Shown here piece by piece: positions 47,121 to 55,128 of a stretch of DNA of 64,000 nucleotides. The stretch covers positions 26,053 to 90,052 of the IMG/VR virus record IMGVR_UViG_3300011115_000716. One strand, 5' to 3'. Within the stretch, counting starts at the first letter, position 1. Each line of letters begins with the position of its first letter. The stretch is from a virus. The notes beneath the pieces were generated by a model. It was not told where the DNA came from. It worked only from the letters and a program-made list of their open reading frames with translations, and did not search any database. The position numbers and the translations under genes were made by a program.

Positions 47121-50056
47121 TGGCTGGTAAAAGACCTATTGGCGGTAACCCCGAAGAAGCTGCACCTGCAGAATCGACTACTGCTGTTCCTAAAAAATCG
47201 GTTACCCTCCCAGACTTTAGCTCTCTATGGGGTAAAACAAGCAACTCATCCCCATCAATTTCTGAGGAACAACTTGGGAATGCTACGGTTGGTAGTGGAG
47301 AAACAGATTCGCTTCGAGAAGAACGTGAAGCTATGCCTGCTGACCCTATGGTTGAGGAAAGTAAGTCAAGAAGACTTGTAACTGCTGCTGCCAATTTAGG
47401 TAGAAAAGGGTTTTTAAACCCAAAGAAAAAAGTTAGTTACAGAGACCAAGCCATTATTGGTCACGCAGAACTTACTAATATAAGCGCAGACCTTGCAACC
47501 AAAGTTGAAGAATTACGTCGTCAAGTTCCTATCACTGAAAACGGAAAAGCCAGTCCAATGTACGATAGATTACACTCTATCCTTGATTTGGCAGACCACC
47601 ACATAGCTCAAGCAAGCATTGAGCACATGCGAGGACACTACGGCGTAGATTATCTTGATGCTCATCCAAACATGGACAACAAGCCAGTTGATGGTGTTGG
47701 TTTAACTGAAATTAGAAAAGCAGCACAAGCGGGCACTGATGCTAAAGGGTTAATCTCTGTTGCTCCAATTATTCCTAAAGGTTCAATTAACTTTACAAGA
47801 CGTGCTGCTGAGCTTTTAAAGCAAGCATCTGCTCACTTAACCACTATTAGCATTCAAGGTCAAGCAGCAGCAAGACAAAACAAGGACTTAACTGCACCAG
47901 AACCATTTGATGTTGATGGCTCTCTTCAAAAAAAGATTGATGATACATCAGCAGAATACGCAAATACTATTGACGTTGGTCACAAATTCCAAAACCCAGA
48001 TAGAAAACAGCCAGAAGGTATGGCGTTAGCAACTGCACAAAGAGATGAGTCTAAGAGAATCAACACTCCTGATTTCTTATCTGCAATGGGCGAGCCAGAA
48101 ATTGGCGCATCAAGAGCAGCTGATATTAAATCTATGTTTGATAGAAGAGGAAAAGCACCTCAGGTATTAGCTGCTGCTAAAAAAGTTCACGCAACTATTC
48201 AGCGTACACTTGCCTTGTCTGCATTTCACAGAATTTTTGGCGAAAAACTTGTAGCTAATGAAGCTGCACAAAACGCTAACATGGACTTTATTAAACCTGC
48301 GCTAGAACGCAACGCCGCAGTACGAACTGGTAATGCGTATGAAGCAGCCAAGGTGAGCACATTAAGACAACAATACCCTGTTACTCCAGTGCTTGCAGAA
48401 ATGCCTGTTGCTGAAAAAGTTGCTAGGGACATTGCGGGACGAAACGTTTCAGTAGATAAGACCACAGATTTACCAGCTGACAGTCTAATGTCCAGAGCTA
48501 AAGAGGCTATCGATAAAGCCAATGCATCCGGAGATACTGCTACAGCGGGAGCATTGCAGGGTCACATTGACTCAATTACCCACCACACTACTATGAGAGA
48601 TTTAAACGCTGACGCTCAGCGTGGTGCCGTAATAAAGAGTGGCTCATCAGCAGCTGCACTAAGACTTCCTACAGAACAAGAACTTCTCGGAGAAGTTGGC
48701 GAGAGAAGTCACCGCTATGGAAACGTCGGAGGACCTAACCCAGGTGTTTCTGCAGATTCTCTTATGACTACAAGCGACTGGGCAGACAGAACTCTAGACG
48801 ACAACCCTGTGCCAACACAAACTATTGAGCGAGCATCCGGTTTCCTTGCCGCTCACCCTGGTGACGCTATGACAGAACTAACTAAATCTTCCGATATTTC
48901 TGATAATAATGAAAGAATTGCTGCAAATAAAGATGAGCTAGAATCAGAAGGAATTAAAACAACACGTAAGCGTAAGCTTCTAAAAGAAAACAAGGCGTTA
49001 GGAATTACAAACGAAAACGCCAAAGATGCTCAAAATAAAATCCCAGCACTTAAATCTGCGCTAGTAGCATACCACGCAGGAGCAATTGATAGAAGCACTC
49101 AAGCTCTTAAACTAGCGTTGTTTAATACGGGAACTATTAAGGGTAGAGAAGGCGACGCACCAGTAAACACAGGTATTCAAGCTGCTGTAAAGCCAGAAGA
49201 AGCACTACCATCTGGAGAAGAGCTTCCTTATCCAGAGCTACCTCACCCAGAACTACCTGACCGTAAAAAGCTATTTAACAGATTTATGGCAACATCCGGA
49301 ATTAACCCAAATCCTAATGAGCCTAACGTAGTTCAACTAAGGGATAAAAAAGGTAACCCATTAGATTATAAAAAGGCAAGAAGTCGTGGGGCTGTTTTTG
49401 CTGATGCTGCACTTAATCAGTATGCCTATGGACCTACCTTCAAAGTTCCTGAAGATGAAGCAGGGTTCTATAAGCAAGAGCAAGAAGTTGCTAAGCAACC
49501 CGTTCGTGGTGACGCTACTAGCGCAAGCCTAGCAGAAGTACAACGACGCCTTGGAGAATCCTTAAAAACCGAAGACCAGTCAAGATTTGCTGCAGCAAAC
49601 GCTGAAGACGAAGCAGCCAGAGAAAAAGGAAGAAGTTACGGAGTCCCAGAAGAACTTCTTCCAATGGTCACAAGCGGAAGCAACGTTCGCGGTATCTTGC
49701 CACTAGGTAACAAAGGAAGTGCTCCACTGGTTTCATCAAGTGGACAGTCAGCAGTTGTCCCTGGTATTGGTGTTGTCCCAATTCCTCCACGTAAAAAGGT
49801 TCAAAAGAAAGCCCGTAAAGGAAAGCTAACCGCAGCTGACCTATTACCAGGCCTCCTAGACTCTACCGATAAGCCAGAAGTGTCTAGCCTAGACGTAAGA
49901 AAACTTATTCGTAAAGGCGCAAGAGGAGACTCAGCTGCTAGTGGAATGGAAGAGGTTGACGCAACAGCTAAACCAGAAAAACTAGGACCCCAGTTTAAAG
50001 GTTACACCGTTGAAGGTGCTACCGAAAACGAAATCAAAAAACTAGGTGAAGTATAA
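47120..50056 (+). CDS. very large hypothetical protein (978 aa)
   Basis: long ORF, helical/disordered; no motif recognised. Confidence 0.8.
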   Translation: MAGKRPIGGNPEEAAPAESTTAVPKKSVTLPDFSSLWGKTSNSSPSISEEQLGNATVGSGETDSLREEREAMPADPMVEESKSRRLVTAAANLGRKGFLNPKKKVSYRDQAIIGHAELTNISADLATKVEELRRQVPITENGKASPMYDRLHSILDLADHHIAQASIEHMRGHYGVDYLDAHPNMDNKPVDGVGLTEIRKAAQAGTDAKGLISVAPIIPKGSINFTRRAAELLKQASAHLTTISIQGQAAARQNKDLTAPEPFDVDGSLQKKIDDTSAEYANTIDVGHKFQNPDRKQPEGMALATAQRDESKRINTPDFLSAMGEPEIGASRAADIKSMFDRRGKAPQVLAAAKKVHATIQRTLALSAFHRIFGEKLVANEAAQNANMDFIKPALERNAAVRTGNAYEAAKVSTLRQQYPVTPVLAEMPVAEKVARDIAGRNVSVDKTTDLPADSLMSRAKEAIDKANASGDTATAGALQGHIDSITHHTTMRDLNADAQRGAVIKSGSSAAALRLPTEQELLGEVGERSHRYGNVGGPNPGVSADSLMTTSDWADRTLDDNPVPTQTIERASGFLAAHPGDAMTELTKSSDISDNNERIAANKDELESEGIKTTRKRKLLKENKALGITNENAKDAQNKIPALKSALVAYHAGAIDRSTQALKLALFNTGTIKGREGDAPVNTGIQAAVKPEEALPSGEELPYPELPHPELPDRKKLFNRFMATSGINPNPNEPNVVQLRDKKGNPLDYKKARSRGAVFADAALNQYAYGPTFKVPEDEAGFYKQEQEVAKQPVRGDATSASLAEVQRRLGESLKTEDQSRFAAANAEDEAAREKGRSYGVPEELLPMVTSGSNVRGILPLGNKGSAPLVSSSGQSAVVPGIGVVPIPPRKKVQKKARKGKLTAADLLPGLLDSTDKPEVSSLDVRKLIRKGARGDSAASGMEEVDATAKPEKLGPQFKGYTVEGATENEIKKLGEV

Positions 50057-50058
50057 CC

Positions 50059-50499
50059 ATGGAAATGCCTGAGGAAAATTTATCTAAACAGATGATGGCT
50101 AGATATAACCGTGAAACTGGCGCACCATCATCCATGACTCACCTAAAGAATATTATGCGAATTGCTAATAACGTTAAAGATGCAACTGAAGTAGCCCGCC
50201 CAGTTCCAAAAGAAATTATAGACCAGGCAAATTTAGGCGTTTCCCATACGGAAAAGGCATTAAACTTACATAAGAGCGGTGGAAATCTTGCAGAAGTTGT
50301 CCATCATTTGAAGTCTGGAGTAGATGCCCTAACAGGTGTAGGACATGCTATATTTAATCTAGGAAAAGATGTTCACGGTAAACTTGAGGCAGCCTCCGAG
50401 AACTCTCCTGGAGTATACTCAGATGTAATGGATACTACCCTAGGAGTTCCACAAGAACACCTAGACAATTTTGTTCAAGAAGCTAATAAAGGAAACTAA
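50059..50499 (+). CDS. hypothetical protein
   Basis: ORF. Confidence 0.7.
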   Translation: MEMPEENLSKQMMARYNRETGAPSSMTHLKNIMRIANNVKDATEVARPVPKEIIDQANLGVSHTEKALNLHKSGGNLAEVVHHLKSGVDALTGVGHAIFNLGKDVHGKLEAASENSPGVYSDVMDTTLGVPQEHLDNFVQEANKGN

Positions 50500-50500
50500 C

Positions 50501-50716
50501 ATGGCAGTAAACAGCAGCCGTTCAATGAACGTAAGCCTTACCGAAGGCACTACAGACGGTAAGTACCGTAAGGTTCGCCCTGACACCGAGATTGGTGATA
50601 CAATGGGCAATGAAAAGACTATGGACAATCGTCAGAGTCTACACCCATTCTATGGTTACGGATTTATTACATCCGAATACCCGGATGACCAAAAAGTAAA
50701 CCCAGGAAAGTCGTGA
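50501..50716 (+). CDS. hypothetical protein
   Basis: MAVNSSRSMN...; AAGGA SD before 50501. Confidence 0.7.
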   Translation: MAVNSSRSMNVSLTEGTTDGKYRKVRPDTEIGDTMGNEKTMDNRQSLHPFYGYGFITSEYPDDQKVNPGKS

Positions 50717-51110
50717 AAAAAAGCTCGCTAAGAGTGAGCTAAAGCGCGCAGTAACTGCACGTGCAAATGTTGAACGTGCTAAAAGCCCTTTCAACTTTCC
50801 TGACCCAGGCGCGACTCAGCGTGCAAACGTCCGTGTTGGTAAAGCCACAAGCGGAACTAAAGAAGCTGGAGTTAGCTCAAGAGGCCAAGCAAGAGCTGCC
50901 TCTAAGGGTCTTAAGGTGGTCACAAAGAGAGTTACCAAAAATGCAAAAGATGAAGTTTCTTCTAACAAGAGATACATGAAGACCGCTGAGGCTATGACTA
51001 AAGGCCAAAATAAACTAAATAGAGCTACAGACGTAGCTGAGAAGTCAACAAAATTTGGAAACGCTAAAGCCTATAAAAAGGTCACAGGAAAAAGCCCGCG
51101 TAGCAGATAA
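50713..51110 (+). pseudogene. basic protein whose GTG start is out of frame across an A7 run (frameshifted or slippage-expressed)
   Basis: open frame 50700-51110 (KKLAKSELKRAV...GKSPRSR) has no start before 50916; GTG 50713 with AGGA SD would be in frame if the run were A8. Confidence 0.5.
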
Positions 51111-51132
51111 CTAAATTTTAAATTTAATTAGT

Positions 51133-51162
51133 TAAACCCCTTCCATTTGGGAGGGGTTTATA
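51133..51162 (+). terminator. stem-loop terminator
   Basis: TAAACCCCTTCC-ATTT-GGGAGGGGTTTA. Confidence 0.75.
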
Positions 51163-51169
51163 CTATGAT
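51141..51169 (+). promoter_or_regulatory. SigA-type promoter embedded in the terminator
   Basis: TTCCAT-17 nt-TATGAT; AAGGAG SD downstream. Confidence 0.55.
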
Positions 51170-51188
51170 GGGTATATAAGGAGTATCA

Positions 51189-51743
51189 ATGCAAGAATTT
51201 AAACCAACAATCGGGTCAAAGCCTATCGATGGCCCAGTCATTCGTTTACTACGTTGTTTAGTATGTGAGTCATGGGAAGAGCTGCCAGATTTTGAAGGCC
51301 CATCCAATTTTGATTACCTATTAGAGATTTCACTAGAGAAGCATAAGTTTCCATCCGGTGAGCCACACGTAGGTAAACTGTTTAAGGTTCCGGTAAAGAC
51401 CTGGGTTAACCCAGAACAGAAGAAAGCCGTCCTTGACCAGTTAGCTCAGGGTGGTTCAAAAGGTCTAGATGAGTTAGACCCTAACAAAACATTTTATGAA
51501 ACCAAGATGACATTTGCTGATGAGGCAATGACATGTTGGATTGCTCATAATAAAGTCACAGCCAATTGTGACGATTATGAAACACCTAAGAAGCGTTTGC
51601 TACCAGACACAGCGGTAGAACGTAAAGAACTAGGTATGCCTAAGCCAGAACACCTGGAAGGTCCACAAGTCTACACTTGCCATTTCTGCCCGTACCATGG
51701 TAAAGTGTTAGAACGTAAACGCCAAATTCTTGGCCTATATTAA
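51189..51743 (+). CDS. Cys/His-containing hypothetical protein (probably two Zn sites)
   Basis: CLVC...H...H; C..H......C ... CHFCP. Confidence 0.7.
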   Translation: MQEFKPTIGSKPIDGPVIRLLRCLVCESWEELPDFEGPSNFDYLLEISLEKHKFPSGEPHVGKLFKVPVKTWVNPEQKKAVLDQLAQGGSKGLDELDPNKTFYETKMTFADEAMTCWIAHNKVTANCDDYETPKKRLLPDTAVERKELGMPKPEHLEGPQVYTCHFCPYHGKVLERKRQILGLY

Positions 51744-51757
51744 ATAAGGAAAATAAC

Positions 51758-52042
51758 ATGGAAAAGCAAGTAGATGTAGCATTCTTGGTACTAGCCCACA
51801 CTGATGGAACATTCGCAGTAAAGCTGGAAGACCTAACCACACCAGTAGAGGCAAACCGTATCGCTAACACAGGTGATGTGTTTGGTATTTCTCAGCAGAT
51901 TGTAAAAGAGATTGAACAGCAGTTGTTGGTCAGTCGCATTGTTGAGGCACTAAACCCACAGGTTCAGAGCGTACCAGAAGTCATTAAAGAAAAGTTAGCA
52001 GAACGCGGCATTCAGGCAGAAAGCACTGAGCCAACCGCATAA
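51758..52042 (+). CDS. hypothetical protein
   Basis: AAGGA SD. Confidence 0.7.
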   Translation: MEKQVDVAFLVLAHTDGTFAVKLEDLTTPVEANRIANTGDVFGISQQIVKEIEQQLLVSRIVEALNPQVQSVPEVIKEKLAERGIQAESTEPTA

Positions 52043-52051
52043 ACTAGGTGT

Positions 52052-52939
52052 ATGACTAACGCCACCTCGTATTTCAGCAAACCTGCAGATACCCTTGACC
52101 CAAAGCTATTCCAGGGAAGGGTCCTAAAAGCATCTATTCGTAATGGTATTACGTCACTTATCAAAGATTTTTTAGGTGAGAGTTACCGTCACAGTGAGAT
52201 GTGGGCCCATCCTTGGTTAGCAGGGTCAGGGGTTTCTTACCAATGGCAGGCAGCACGTGAGCCAGCAGATTTAGATTGTTTAATTGGCATTGATTTTATT
52301 AGATTTAAGAAGGCTAACCCAGAGTTCAGCGGCCTAACTAATAAAGAGATTAGTGACCAATTAAACGAAGAGTTTCACGATAACCTCCAGAAGAAAACAG
52401 AAAACTGGAATGGGTATGAGCTAACATTTTATGCGTTAGCAACCGATGATATTAAAAGCATAAGACCATACGCAGCATATGATTTGATGTATGACGAGTG
52501 GTCAGTTGTGCCAGACCCTAACGCAGCACCTCCAACAGTTCCGGAGTGGGACGCAGTTGCAGATACTGATACAAGTAAAACTAAGAATATTAGTACAAGA
52601 TTTGAGACAGCCTTACAAGATTTAAGGTGGGCAAGTGCGATGCCAGCACGGAGAAATGCTGAGGTTAGACTAGATAGCGCAGCAGCTCAGGGTGGCGCAT
52701 TATTTGACGAGATTCATAATAATAGAAGCCAAGCATTCTCAGACGTTGGCGAAGGCTATTCTGATTTCCACAATTACCGTTGGCAAGCAGGTAAGCGTAA
52801 TGGGACAGTTCAGCAATTAAAGTCAATAAAAAAGTATTTAATTGATAATAGCAGGACAGGTGCTAGAGCATCATACGGCGTAGAATTACCGGATGCAGAT
52901 ACGCTGATTCGTAGAGCAGCAATATATAGGATTAAATAG
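52052..52939 (+). CDS. pol-beta-superfamily nucleotidyltransferase
   Basis: 'LDPKLF', 'LAGS.VSY.W......DLD', 'YELTFY', 'AYDL..DEW'; TAAACT 6 nt before the ATG (leaderless). Confidence 0.8.
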   Translation: MTNATSYFSKPADTLDPKLFQGRVLKASIRNGITSLIKDFLGESYRHSEMWAHPWLAGSGVSYQWQAAREPADLDCLIGIDFIRFKKANPEFSGLTNKEISDQLNEEFHDNLQKKTENWNGYELTFYALATDDIKSIRPYAAYDLMYDEWSVVPDPNAAPPTVPEWDAVADTDTSKTKNISTRFETALQDLRWASAMPARRNAEVRLDSAAAQGGALFDEIHNNRSQAFSDVGEGYSDFHNYRWQAGKRNGTVQQLKSIKKYLIDNSRTGARASYGVELPDADTLIRRAAIYRIK

Positions 52940-53049
52940 TGTCATTAACAGATACGTGTCATTTATGCAGGCATGAACTATACGCAGGTATTTGCGTAGA
53001 AGACCAGTGTAAATGTGATTGTTATGGAGAAAATTACAAGGAAGACTGA
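52939..53049 (+). CDS. 36-aa zinc-finger-like peptide
   Basis: MSLTDTCHLCRHELYAGICVEDQCKCDCYGENYKED; overlaps both neighbouring stop/start codons; below the ORF-track cutoff. Confidence 0.6.
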   Translation: MSLTDTCHLCRHELYAGICVEDQCKCDCYGENYKED

Positions 53050-53537
53050 TGCATATAGTTGTTGAATTAGATGGTGTATTAAGAGGCCACAAACATGATG
53101 AGCCAATTCTCGCGGGAATCCAAATGGTGGGAGCCCTCAGCGCCTGGAATAAGATTACATTTATCACCGAGATGAATGCTGCCGAGGCTAACCAATGGGT
53201 TAATATCAATAAGATATTTGATTATGATAACCTCATCGACTCATCCATTGGGCTAGTTGACGAGGATTTGAAACAACGTCAGCTCAAGATGGCAAGAGCC
53301 AGTGGTTCAGTAGAAATGTTTATAACAGCAAACCCAAAGTTGTGGGCAATATCATTTGATTTGGGTATCCCGTCCCTATTGTTTGGTATCCCATCATATA
53401 CTCGCCCAGAGTTTCGCCCTGATGCACCTAGAAAGGTACGGGCCTGGAACGATATTGAGGCAGCCGTAAAAAAGCAAAACGAATTACGTACCAAGGATGC
53501 CCGGTTAACTCGCACAGAAGGCGTCAAATTCGAATGA
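53049..53537 (+). CDS. HAD-fold protein (degenerate motif I)
   Basis: 'IVVELDGVLR' (DxDGxL with the first D replaced by E), 'ITFIT', 'GIPSLLF'. Confidence 0.6.
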   Translation: MHIVVELDGVLRGHKHDEPILAGIQMVGALSAWNKITFITEMNAAEANQWVNINKIFDYDNLIDSSIGLVDEDLKQRQLKMARASGSVEMFITANPKLWAISFDLGIPSLLFGIPSYTRPEFRPDAPRKVRAWNDIEAAVKKQNELRTKDARLTRTEGVKFE

Positions 53538-55000
53538 TTATATTTAGTGGGGTGGAGATTCCCTCCAACAGAACCCTCCTGGAAAAAGCTGGTGTACAAA
53601 ACGTTATGCTGAGTTACTGGGGGTTGAGAAAGCGCGGGTTGCCAAAAACTAAGGCATACCTAATTGGCGAGCATTTCCTACCTAATATGAAAGTATGGGT
53701 AGATTCAGGAGCCATTCAAGCAGACAAAGCAAACCTGTCCAGGGAAGAGCTGGAAGAATACGCAGCAGATTATGAAGAGTTTATTGCGTTAAATTATGAC
53801 CGTATTGAAGGTTGGGTTGAGTTTGATTCACAGGTATTAGGATTACCGTGGGTAAATCAGCAGCGTGCAGCGTTCCAGAATGACCCTAAAATGTGGGTTG
53901 TATGGCACGAGGCGTACGGTATTCCTTTATTACAGGTATGGGGTCAACAATATAATAACGTGGCCATACCGGGCGATGTAATCGATTCTGTGACGTCCCT
54001 GGCGGCCATCGTGAGGAACCTAACAGCACATAACCCAGTGCAATTTCACGCATTAGCAACAGCAAAACCAGATAACCTACGTCAAATTCCGTTTGCAACA
54101 GCAAGCACACTATCGTGGATTTCGCCAATGAGACGCGGGGAGACCATTGTATGGGATTCTAATAAGTTGGTACGATACCCAAAACGGATGAAGGCCCAAG
54201 CCAGGCCGAGATACAAAATGGTGTTGGAGAAGGCAGGATTAGATTTTACAAAGTTCGTAGAAGACGATACTCTGGAAGCAACTAAAGTTGCAGTTTGGTC
54301 ATTTTTACAGTTAGAGAAGACAATGAATAATAACAAAAACAATAAAGTATCTGATAACAGTGATGACACCCTATACAGTGGTTTGATGGAATTAGGGGGG
54401 GTACCTTCTGATAACAGTGGTAGTGAAATGCGGAAAGTTGAACGCACAGAAGTAGTGCAAAGAGACCCACAAGAGATGCAATTGATGCCTGGATTAGGGT
54501 ATGAATTAAAGACCGTAATAGATAATATTGATGGTCGAGACGTACTGGTAGAAGTTCCGGTAGTTCAGTCAAATATGACAAGTTTAAGGCAGTGTAACAC
54601 CTGTTTCGTAGCCGCAAATTGCCCAGCGTTTAAGCCAGATAATTCGTGTGCGTATAACCTACCAATAGAGGTAAAAACTAAAGAACAGTTGAAGGGTTTA
54701 TTAACCGCAATTATCGAGATGCAGGGCCAGAGAGTAGCATTCATGCGGATGGCAGAAGAATTGAACGGTGGATACGCAGACCCAAATATGTCACAAGAGA
54801 TGGACCGTTTGATGAAGTTAGTGAAGACCGTAAAGGATATGGAAACTAATAAAGAGTTCATTCAAATCACCGCAAGCAGAAGCTCAGAAGGCGGAGTATT
54901 ATCACAGTTGTTTGGGCCAAAAGCAGGCAACATGAACAGTAATCAACCGTTGTATTCAGAAGAGCAAACAACGATGATTATTAAAGATTCCATAGAATAG
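53534..55000 (+). CDS. TGT/DpdA-like TIM-barrel protein fused to a Cys-cluster and helical C-terminal domain
   Basis: 'LSY', 'VDSGA', 'Y..FI', 'EFD', 'VWH', 'VAIPG', 'FHAL', 'PF...S..SW'; C-terminal CNTC.....C.......C. Confidence 0.7.
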   Translation: MIIFSGVEIPSNRTLLEKAGVQNVMLSYWGLRKRGLPKTKAYLIGEHFLPNMKVWVDSGAIQADKANLSREELEEYAADYEEFIALNYDRIEGWVEFDSQVLGLPWVNQQRAAFQNDPKMWVVWHEAYGIPLLQVWGQQYNNVAIPGDVIDSVTSLAAIVRNLTAHNPVQFHALATAKPDNLRQIPFATASTLSWISPMRRGETIVWDSNKLVRYPKRMKAQARPRYKMVLEKAGLDFTKFVEDDTLEATKVAVWSFLQLEKTMNNNKNNKVSDNSDDTLYSGLMELGGVPSDNSGSEMRKVERTEVVQRDPQEMQLMPGLGYELKTVIDNIDGRDVLVEVPVVQSNMTSLRQCNTCFVAANCPAFKPDNSCAYNLPIEVKTKEQLKGLLTAIIEMQGQRVAFMRMAEELNGGYADPNMSQEMDRLMKLVKTVKDMETNKEFIQITASRSSEGGVLSQLFGPKAGNMNSNQPLYSEEQTTMIIKDSIE

Positions 55001-55015
55001 TTATATCTGATAACA
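54348..55015 (+). repeat. dispersed direct repeats TCTGATAACA(GTG)
   Basis: TCTGATAACAGTG at 54350 and 54407; TATCTGATAACA at 54348 and 55004. Confidence 0.85.
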
Positions 55016-55053
55016 TCATCCACTGATATATGAATCAGGGTGGACCAGGGTAT

Positions 55054-55083
55054 TTGACAAAGTTAGTAGAAGGGTATTAGAGT
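55054..55083 (+). promoter_or_regulatory. SigA-type promoter for the RNR gene, with an inverted repeat over the -10
   Basis: TTGACA-18 nt-TAGAGT; GGTATTA-gag-TAATACC. Confidence 0.65.
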
Positions 55084-55128
55084 AATACCTGAGATACTAG
55101 TTATCCAATAAAAAACATAGGAAGTAAT

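Noticed and set aside
50761-50979. 72-aa ORF in an alternative frame
   Set aside because: It overlaps the longer K/R-rich open frame 50700-51110, whose composition matches the other phage basic proteins; it has no SD.
55018-55050. Possible NrdR box upstream of nrdJ
   Set aside because: CACTGATATATGAA fits the palindromic NrdR consensus poorly; it is better described as an imperfect hairpin.
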